Virus record (IMG/VR): IMGVR_UViG_3300016265_000761
Span: 1 to 40,868 of that record
Reading direction: 5' to 3' (one strand)
From: a virus
Taxonomy: Duplodnaviria > Caudoviricetes
Length of the DNA: 40,868 nucleotides
How positions within the stretch are numbered: position 1 is the stretch's first letter; each line of letters opens with the position of its first letter. Shown piece after piece: positions 34,018-40,868 of this stretch. Made by a program: the position numbers and the translations under genes. The notes under the pieces were generated by a model that saw nothing but the letters and a program-made list of their open reading frames with translations, made no database searches and was not told where the DNA came from.

Positions 34018-34794
34018 CTAAGCTTCACGCGCCCATGTGCCGCGCATTTCTGTAACCATGTACCCATCCGCATCACCGGCAATCAGGGTGACAAAATCGC
34101 CGCGTCGTTGCGTCGCTTTGGTGCAGATCAAATCTTTATCATCTGCGCCAGTAATATCAGGCCCTAGAATCATGTCTGAAGCATTAGGACTAATCGTCAC
34201 AGCCGTTGTGCCGAATGCGCCGATTGCCAGAATAGTGATGCCTGATAAGCCGGTAGCGATTGCCGGGAGAGTCAACGCATCCGCATCGCCGTCCGCCGTA
34301 ACTGTAAACAGCTTGCCGGAATCCTCAGCGTCAAATGTTTTAATGCCGGTCAGTTCTTCGCGCTTGGTTTTGTGTGCCCACGGATCGCGGAATGCGTATG
34401 CGTCAAATTCAACGATAACCACCCCACTTGAAACGAAACGCTTTACAAAGCCAATAAATACGCCACCAACCGGCGAAAATTGGAAAGTGTCGTCATCTGT
34501 TGCGTATATCGGCTGGCCAAGATCGGTTATAACCGCGCCGGTTACAGATAATTGAACCTCGCCGCGATATACGACCTCTACATTGATTGCTGCTGCTGCG
34601 CCTGCTGAATTGTCAGCTTTGGATACTGCGAAACCCACAAATCTATCGGTTGCCGCTAATGGCTGCGCGTGACCTGAAGCCGGAACTACTCCAACCGCTG
34701 CGCCCTCGTAGATGATGTCCGATGCAATGACCGGAATATGATTTAAATCGCCAAGCTCAAATTGGCGTTGTTTGTTTGCTGCCAGTGTAGTCAT
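34018..34794 (-). CDS. Capsid decoration/cement protein with C-terminal extra domain
   Basis: MTTLAAN...IIYEGAAVG...FVGFA...GQPIYATDD N-domain of about 130 aa, plus a second domain with LTLPA motif. Confidence 0.75.
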   Translation of the reverse strand: MTTLAANKQRQFELGDLNHIPVIASDIIYEGAAVGVVPASGHAQPLAATDRFVGFAVSKADNSAGAAAAINVEVVYRGEVQLSVTGAVITDLGQPIYATDDDTFQFSPVGGVFIGFVKRFVSSGVVIVEFDAYAFRDPWAHKTKREELTGIKTFDAEDSGKLFTVTADGDADALTLPAIATGLSGITILAIGAFGTTAVTISPNASDMILGPDITGADDKDLICTKATQRRGDFVTLIAGDADGYMVTEMRGTWAREA

Positions 34795-34798
34795 TTAG

Positions 34799-34825
34799 TT
34801 CTCCAGCGCCTCACGGCGTTAGGTT
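34799..34825 (-). repeat. RBS-linked hairpin repeat, copy 1
   Basis: AACCTAACGCCGTGAGGCGCTGGAGAA. Confidence 0.85.
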
Positions 34826-34831
34826 AAAAAA

Positions 34832-36160
34832 TTAAGCTCGTGCCACTCTTACTTTTCCAGCAGCAAACGCTTTTTCGTATGCCAAATAGCTTTCAAAATC
34901 GCCAAATTCGGCTCGAATCTTTTCATCAGCATCCCAGGCTTTTTGCGCCCATTGGTCAACCGGCTTGCTTTTATCGATTACAGATTCATCCTTTTCGATA
35001 GCGGGAACCGCTGCCAGAGGCACAACCTGAGGTGCATTCGCGCGAACCGATTCGAGATGATTTGCTCTTAGCGACTGCTCGGCTTTAACTATTGCCATTG
35101 CTACATCGCCGCCGGTTGACTTGCCGTCGTATTTCATGGTGTTCACAATTGCCTCGTGCCCAGATAAACCAGCCGCTTCACATGCCTGGATTCTTGCGCG
35201 CTCTTGCTCCGCGCCTTCTTTTGCCAGTGCTTGCGCGATTTCTGGATATTCAGCTTTTACCGTTTCAATAGTCATCGCAACCGGTTCCGGCTGCTTGTCT
35301 TGCTGTACTTGCTTATTCATCGGCCAAACTCCTGTTGCCATGTTGTTAATCGTAGTTTCTAAGCTTGCGATGTGATCCACCATCCCGCGCTTTTTTGCTT
35401 GCTTGCTCAAAAAAACACGACCGTCGGCCATGTCATCTATTACCGTATCAACATCAACCCCGCGATTTTGTGCAACCTCATCAACAAAAATCGTATAAAG
35501 TTGATCAACTTGATCTTGAATGTATTCTTTGCCTTCTTTGGTTAGTGGCGCATTGCTGCTTGCTATGCGTTTGTATTTTCCTGCCGTGATTTCTGTAGTC
35601 TTAATTCCTTGCGCTTCTTCTGCTTTTGAGTAATCTGTGTGTGTTGCAACAACACCGATTGATCCGATTTGAGTTGTATCCGATGCCGCCACAATTCCAT
35701 CAGCAGCCGATCCGATCCAATAAGCCGCGCTCGCTATCGTGCCATCAGCAAATGTCATGACCGGCTTTTGTGTCTTTGCGTCTCGAATAACGCTTGCAAG
35801 GTTTTGTGTACCGTCCACCGTCCCGCCGGGTGAATCGATATGCAAAAGAATGGAATTAACTTTTGAATCAGAAAGAGCGGTTTTTATATCGCGCTCGATC
35901 AATTGGGTAGATGTGCCGCCGGATATTTGAGAAAACATATTCATCCGCTTGCCGATAACACCGTGAATCGGTATTACCGCTACACCATCTTGGACGGTGT
36001 AGCCTTGCGGCTCGTTTGCTAGTGGCTTACCTAAACGCGCTTCAACCGCAGCTATATCAATCTGCTCGTTGCGGACATGAGCCGCATAAACGCTTTGAAT
36101 TTCGTTTAAAATTTCAGGCTGAATCGCCCAGGGTGCATTGATTACATCAGAAAGCCGCAT
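34832..36160 (-). CDS. S49 (SppA-like) prohead protease with C-terminal scaffold
   Basis: IDSPGGTV, ASAAYWIGS, GSIGV, AGKYK; ATG at 36160 chosen. Confidence 0.92.
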   Translation of the reverse strand: MRLSDVINAPWAIQPEILNEIQSVYAAHVRNEQIDIAAVEARLGKPLANEPQGYTVQDGVAVIPIHGVIGKRMNMFSQISGGTSTQLIERDIKTALSDSKVNSILLHIDSPGGTVDGTQNLASVIRDAKTQKPVMTFADGTIASAAYWIGSAADGIVAASDTTQIGSIGVVATHTDYSKAEEAQGIKTTEITAGKYKRIASSNAPLTKEGKEYIQDQVDQLYTIFVDEVAQNRGVDVDTVIDDMADGRVFLSKQAKKRGMVDHIASLETTINNMATGVWPMNKQVQQDKQPEPVAMTIETVKAEYPEIAQALAKEGAEQERARIQACEAAGLSGHEAIVNTMKYDGKSTGGDVAMAIVKAEQSLRANHLESVRANAPQVVPLAAVPAIEKDESVIDKSKPVDQWAQKAWDADEKIRAEFGDFESYLAYEKAFAAGKVRVARA

Positions 36161-36232
36161 AACCGCCAACCTTTATGGATTGGTGGCACAATAACGGTTA
36201 AACGCTAGTAATTACAGGCAAAAATCGTAATT

Positions 36233-37786
36233 TTATGTTTGTTGCGGAAGTGTGTCGGTTTGCTGGTTTGGATCAATGGATAACCCGGCATCATCCATCA
36301 TTTGCTTCTCTTTCATCCGTTGATTGATGTTAGCTTCCCAATCACCGCCATCATAAGCTGCCGATTCTTTTTCGAGCGTTGATACGCCTGCGTTAATGCG
36401 TTTGATTGCTGCGTTAATTTCTTTTTCAGGGTCAATACTTCCAGGGCCGTCTCCGATCCATAATGCCCGTGTATATGCTTGCTTAAGTCTTGGATCTGCA
36501 AAAAATCCAGGCGCAGGAATGCGACCTAGTGCCACAGCCTCCTCGAACCAAAGGTTTTTTATTGGCTCACAAAAATAGGTAGCCATGAAATCACGGCGGA
36601 CTCTAACAATGCGCCAAAAATCCAGCAATGCCGCACGGCTTGCAGAATAGCTGCTTGAAAAATGTTTTACTAAAATTTCAAATGGAATTTCTAACGCTGG
36701 CCCGATCTGTTTCAGCATTGCTAAGAAGAACGGATCAAAATTAGCATTGGGGCGGCCAAGATTTGGAACACTGGCTTCCTCTCCGGGCATTAGATTAATT
36801 ACGTTGCCGGGTGAATCTACGCTAATCTTGCCGTCCCACTCGCTTGATCTATTTATGTATGATTGCTGGCTTTGCTCGTTCAGCACGCTGCTGAATGCGT
36901 CCGCGTCCATCTTGAGAAATACCGCAAACGCAGCAGAAACAACAGCCGCTTGCAATTCCGCATCAGAATATCTTGATAGCTGCTTCAAATGCTCGATAAC
37001 TGGCGCAAGATACGGCACTCCACGCATTTGCCCAGGTCGTTTACGCTCAAACAAGTGGATTACATTTTTGCGCCCGTCTTTGCCGTATGCCTGAATAGTT
37101 ATCCATTCCTGACCAGCAACACGCACCGCGCCAGGGTGTTTCTTTGCTATGTCGTAGCTTACTGCCGCGCCGTTTTCATCAATCGTAATGCCTGAAATTC
37201 GTTTATCTGAATCTTGCGCGTTTTTGTCATTACAAAGCCGATCCGCTTCAACAATCTGTATCGCTAGTTGATACGGCCTTCTGTCTCTAATCGATGGCGT
37301 AATCGCTAACACATCGCCGGATTCAAGCATTGATCGCAACGCCAAACCTTGCAGCCCATAGAAATTCATGGTTCTGGTCGCGTCGCATTCGTAACTGTTT
37401 GCCCATAGTTGCCACTCGGCTTCTACTAATCTTTTCCATTCTCCAGCCTGTTCATCGCTCCATCCAAGCGTTTTTGCGTCTGGATTGGATTGCATCGATA
37501 GCCCTGTGCCGATTACATTTGATACAACGGTATTAATTGCTGATCCGCCTACCGGCGCATTCCTAGCCAAATCTCTTGATCTTGCCCTGAGTGTCGGTAA
37601 ATCAAGAATTATGTCTGAATTTGCATCGCCGCCGTATGGATTCCAATTCTGCAATGCTGCGCGGCTTCTTGATGCGCCGTTATAGCCGCCAAGCAAGGCA
37701 AGCGCTTCGCGGTGCTGTAACCGCCTCATTGCTTCTTTCGGAGAAAATACCGCAATAGCCCGGTCAATAAAATTCATTTTTGCCAT
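36233..37786 (-). CDS. Portal protein, lambda family
   Basis: LRARSRDLARN, RPGQMRGVP-LAPV, SYSASRAALL, IDPEKE. Confidence 0.95.
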   Translation of the reverse strand: MAKMNFIDRAIAVFSPKEAMRRLQHREALALLGGYNGASRSRAALQNWNPYGGDANSDIILDLPTLRARSRDLARNAPVGGSAINTVVSNVIGTGLSMQSNPDAKTLGWSDEQAGEWKRLVEAEWQLWANSYECDATRTMNFYGLQGLALRSMLESGDVLAITPSIRDRRPYQLAIQIVEADRLCNDKNAQDSDKRISGITIDENGAAVSYDIAKKHPGAVRVAGQEWITIQAYGKDGRKNVIHLFERKRPGQMRGVPYLAPVIEHLKQLSRYSDAELQAAVVSAAFAVFLKMDADAFSSVLNEQSQQSYINRSSEWDGKISVDSPGNVINLMPGEEASVPNLGRPNANFDPFFLAMLKQIGPALEIPFEILVKHFSSSYSASRAALLDFWRIVRVRRDFMATYFCEPIKNLWFEEAVALGRIPAPGFFADPRLKQAYTRALWIGDGPGSIDPEKEINAAIKRINAGVSTLEKESAAYDGGDWEANINQRMKEKQMMDDAGLSIDPNQQTDTLPQQT

Positions 37787-37787
37787 G

Positions 37788-38015
37788 CTACCACCCTGGA
37801 CAAATTGTTCGAGTACGTGGCGTGCCGCTTGCAAACGCAGAAAGCGCTTTTACTTTCTCGTCCCATAACTTTATGCCTTCGCGGATTTCTTGCAGGTTTG
37901 CTCTAGTCATTCGCCGCCCTGCTATTTCGTATGCTTGACCCAAAAGAACTTTTTCTTCTGCATCAAGATAATTTTGGAGTCTTGCTTCTGCTTGCGCTAG
38001 TGTAATTCCGGCCAT
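37788..38015 (-). CDS. Head-tail adaptor, gpW-like
   Basis: YLDAEEKVLLGQAYEIAGRRMTRANL; GGAGG upstream. Confidence 0.82.
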   Translation of the reverse strand: MAGITLAQAEARLQNYLDAEEKVLLGQAYEIAGRRMTRANLQEIREGIKLWDEKVKALSAFASGTPRTRTICPGW

Positions 38016-38049
38016 ACCTTCCTCCATTTTGGAAGAAAATTATTATATT

Positions 38050-38346
38050 TTATAACGCATTAACAGCCTTCTTTCGTAAAAAACGATACACAGTATCTTG
38101 GCAAATACCCGCTTTTTTGCCAGCTTCTCTCGCTGACATACCTTGACGCATCAATTCGAGTACAACTTTTTTGGCTTGAGCGCTTTCTCGCCTGGAAATG
38201 TGGCCTATGTAATACCGACCACCTCCATAATAAACCCTGACCGCTTTTTCTTCTTTCTCCAACAACACCGACACTTCACCGGCAAATTTTTCGCCTAAAA
38301 TCTGCTTTACTCGATCAAAAATATCATCCACGACATCTTTTTTCAT
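38050..38346 (-). CDS. Mor/C family transcription activator-like protein
   Basis: YYGGGRYYI motif plus C-terminal HTH GMSAREAGKKAGICQDTVYRFL; ATGA overlap with terL. Confidence 0.7.
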   Translation of the reverse strand: MKKDVVDDIFDRVKQILGEKFAGEVSVLLEKEEKAVRVYYGGGRYYIGHISRRESAQAKKVVLELMRQGMSAREAGKKAGICQDTVYRFLRKKAVNAL

Positions 38347-40205
38347 CGAAACCTCGCAAACGTATTTATGCTGATCTTGCCAGCCGATACCGACAGCGAA
38401 ACCTTTTTTTCTGAGATTGTATGCTCTAATCTCAGCCAATCCGTTTCAGTAAAACGGTGCGCCCTGATTGTTGCGTGATGTAGTGCTGAATATGCGTATA
38501 CAAGCGTATCTAGCGGCTCGTTGCGAACTCCAGGCTTTTTCTCGTACCTTCGCTTGTTTGGGTTGTATGATTCACTAACGATTCCTGCAAAATATTCGTC
38601 TGTCAATTGGTTGCTGAAATGCAGCGTTATTTCTTCAGGCTCTTTGTTAGTGTCGTTTTGTAATCTCGCAAACAAATGATGTTTAATCTCAATCGTTCCA
38701 ACGCTGTGCAGTGTTACGCCTCGCTTATCAAGTACGCCCTTCCAAGTCACATCTTGCATACTGCCCTTACTCAATGGCTGCGCGTTAATTTTCACCGCGC
38801 CATGAATCGCTATTGGACATTGAATGCGTTTTGATCTCACAAAGTTTTTTACCGCTTCCCCGCGATGGCCACCGGTATCGATTGCGCTTGCAATCACTCT
38901 TAGTTCCGCGCCGGTCACATGCTCAATGTTTCGATTTAATAAATCAGTCAAATCATTCCAAACTTTATCCTCTGCCGGATCTCCGGGTAATTCGACATAA
39001 TCGATTACCCAAGCATGTAAATTCCTGCCCCATCCGATAATATGCACCGCTAGCCGGTTGTCTTGAGTATCAACGCCAGCCGTCAGAAACAAAACACCGC
39101 TCGGACATACTCTCAAACTGTAATTTTCTGCCCTTTCCTTAATTGCCTCGAAGCTCACTTTTTGAATTGTGCGCCTCCATGTTCTTGCTAGCCGGGTATT
39201 GTAGAAAACAATCATCATGGAATCATTGCCAGCCTCTTGCGCTTTCTTGGCCGTTTCGTATTCATCCATCAAATCAGCCCAAGTCAACCAACCATAAGGC
39301 TGAAACATTGCGCTTGCGGTGAATGATTCAACATCTGCGTTTTGAATTTCTGGCTCTGACCATAGCCCGCGCCTGAACATTTGCGGCTTATCAGATTCTT
39401 TGTGCATCGCGCCGCATGATTCGCACGGATACAAAACCAAGCCGTCATCAGTGCGGACTAGGTTTTCAAAAATCAATTCTTGCGGATGCCCACAATGCAC
39501 ACATTCGGCCAATGCACGCCGCTGTGTACCAAACCGATACAATTCATCAATTTTAGATTCGCCGTCGATTGTTGGACTTGAGTAAAAAAATGATTTACGG
39601 TTATATGTGAAAGTTGTCTGCCGCGCTTTTGCCAACTTGATAGGATCGCCTTCGCCGTCAACGTTCGCCTCGCACCGGTCAACCTCATCAACAGCAACCC
39701 GCCGCGCCGGAACCTCTGCCAGATTTGCTGCGCTGCCAGCCGTAGCAATGAACAAAGTCCCGCCTTTGTACTCTTTTGTATCAATATTATTGATTGCTGA
39801 TCGTGAATTTGGCTTGGCTACTCGCTCGCGCAACACGTCAACCGCTGCAATTGTTTTGTCAATCCTTGCCGCTAATCGCTTGTGAAGCTTGCCGGTCGGC
39901 ATTAGCCATAGAAAGTTACTTGGCGACTGGTGTACTGTTGATCCAAACCAATTCAAACAAACCTGCGTTTTAAACATCTGAGAAGCAACCATCGCAACAA
40001 CTTCCTTGCATGGATGCGAATCTGACAAACACCGCATGATTTCGCGTGCGTGCGGCGTCCGATCTGTTCGATAATTTCCATATTCATTTGAACCGGAACT
40101 TTTCGGTATCACCATAAATTGATCTGACCATTCATCGACCGACAGATCAAGATCCGGTAATAATCCGATTGATATTGTTTCGTATAGTTGCTGGTAGCCT
40201 ATCAT
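38343..40205 (-). CDS. terL: Terminase large subunit, lambda GpA family
   Basis: ASQMFKT, VDEVD, SSPT, LTAGVDTQDNRL, IDTGG, RNEPLD. Confidence 0.95.
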   Translation of the reverse strand: MIGYQQLYETISIGLLPDLDLSVDEWSDQFMVIPKSSGSNEYGNYRTDRTPHAREIMRCLSDSHPCKEVVAMVASQMFKTQVCLNWFGSTVHQSPSNFLWLMPTGKLHKRLAARIDKTIAAVDVLRERVAKPNSRSAINNIDTKEYKGGTLFIATAGSAANLAEVPARRVAVDEVDRCEANVDGEGDPIKLAKARQTTFTYNRKSFFYSSPTIDGESKIDELYRFGTQRRALAECVHCGHPQELIFENLVRTDDGLVLYPCESCGAMHKESDKPQMFRRGLWSEPEIQNADVESFTASAMFQPYGWLTWADLMDEYETAKKAQEAGNDSMMIVFYNTRLARTWRRTIQKVSFEAIKERAENYSLRVCPSGVLFLTAGVDTQDNRLAVHIIGWGRNLHAWVIDYVELPGDPAEDKVWNDLTDLLNRNIEHVTGAELRVIASAIDTGGHRGEAVKNFVRSKRIQCPIAIHGAVKINAQPLSKGSMQDVTWKGVLDKRGVTLHSVGTIEIKHHLFARLQNDTNKEPEEITLHFSNQLTDEYFAGIVSESYNPNKRRYEKKPGVRNEPLDTLVYAYSALHHATIRAHRFTETDWLRLEHTISEKKVSLSVSAGKISINTFARFR

Positions 40206-40789
40206 TCAATAACCGGCAATTTTGCAAACTGCTCAAGCATTGCTCGTAGTTCCTTTTGAATCAGCGCCTCAATTTCTTGTATCGATTCTTTACCGATCAC
40301 ATCCGGCGCAATTCGTCGTGAACATGCCATTACGCCATCACGAAACTGTCGCGCACGCTCGAATACAATCTTTTCAACCACCTCTTTCTCAACCAACGTA
40401 CCGACAAACTTTTCATGCTCTGCCGCCGCTTGTAATGCCGCCGCTTTTTCTCTTAAAGCCCGCGCATTTCTGAATAAAACATCAGCATCATCAGTTTCCA
40501 AGTCCAGTTGCGTCGATTTAACATCCCAGGTTAATTCGGTTAACCCTTTTTCTTTTATGATTTTATTAACTTTTTCCTTTTCTACAGCGCCAATTTTTTC
40601 ATTGAATGAGTTATTCAGGCTTGCAGTTAACCTGATTCGCGCATCAGACTCAGCGACTAACACAAATTTCTCGTCATGAGTTAACACTAACCGATTATCA
40701 CGCGCCCATTTTGTGACCATCGGTTTGCTCACGCCCTTATAAATAGCGTATTCTGATCGTGTTAACTGATTATTAACCTGTTCAGTCAT
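40202..40789 (-). CDS. terS: Terminase small subunit (Nu1-like)
   Basis: N-terminal wHTH RSEYAIYKGVSKPMVTKW; coupled to terL; next to the genome end. Confidence 0.85.
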   Translation of the reverse strand: MTEQVNNQLTRSEYAIYKGVSKPMVTKWARDNRLVLTHDEKFVLVAESDARIRLTASLNNSFNEKIGAVEKEKVNKIIKEKGLTELTWDVKSTQLDLETDDADVLFRNARALREKAAALQAAAEHEKFVGTLVEKEVVEKIVFERARQFRDGVMACSRRIAPDVIGKESIQEIEALIQKELRAMLEQFAKLPVIE

Positions 40790-40856
40790 TATTTACCTAT
40801 AAACCATGCTTACGGTTAACCTGTTTTAAAAATTCGCTCGCTAGAATTAAAATGGG

Positions 40857-40868
40857 GTTCAAATTACC
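40857..40868. repeat. Terminal 12-bp direct repeat, putative cosN (copy 2)
   Basis: Identical to 1-12; the joined sequence GGGT-TCAAATT-ACCC has partial dyad symmetry. Confidence 0.8.

Larger units (their letters stand above)
1..40868. mobile_element. Complete temperate lambdoid siphovirus genome (cos-type, virion/excised form)
   Basis: All modules present (packaging, head, tail, lysis, integration, immunity, recombination, replication); identical 12-bp ends; intact attP-like site; no host housekeeping genes. Confidence 0.93.

Overview
The window is an apparently complete 40.9-kb genome of a temperate, long-tailed (siphovirus-type) lambdoid phage, probably of a Betaproteobacterium, in virion orientation. 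The first and last 12 nt are identical (GTTCAAATTACC) and lie just upstream of the small terminase gene, as expected for a cos site. An intact attP-like region (a tRNA 3'-end fragment plus arm repeats) sits mid-window next to a tyrosine integrase. Minus strand 8068->181 carries cro, a CII-like gene, ParB-like, SF2 helicase, Toprim primase, ninB, Ref-like, rusA, TraR/DksA-like and gpZ-like genes. Plus strand 8142->18806 carries the repressor, a lipoprotein, and an early PL operon (duplicated acidic proteins, Rmf/CrpP-like proteins, HNH, RecB-type nuclease, RecT, MazG-like, RdgC, ExoX, Rad50-like ATPase, Xis), followed by a separately promoted two-gene cassette. Minus strand 40789->20020 carries terminases, a Mor-like activator, portal, S49 protease, a Mu-type capsid protein, tail, fibre and lysis genes. 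The best candidate for a new system is 18231-18806: a perfect sigma70 promoter with an Aca1-like operator in its spacer drives an unknown 80-aa protein plus an Aca-like HTH protein, the architecture of an acr-aca (anti-CRISPR/anti-defence) locus. Also notable: the duplicated acidic early module, several structured intergenic RNA candidates, an intragenic palindrome in the ParB-like gene, probably leaderless cI and cro, and an HNH protein with a signal peptide. All family assignments come from motif recognition by eye; no database search was run.
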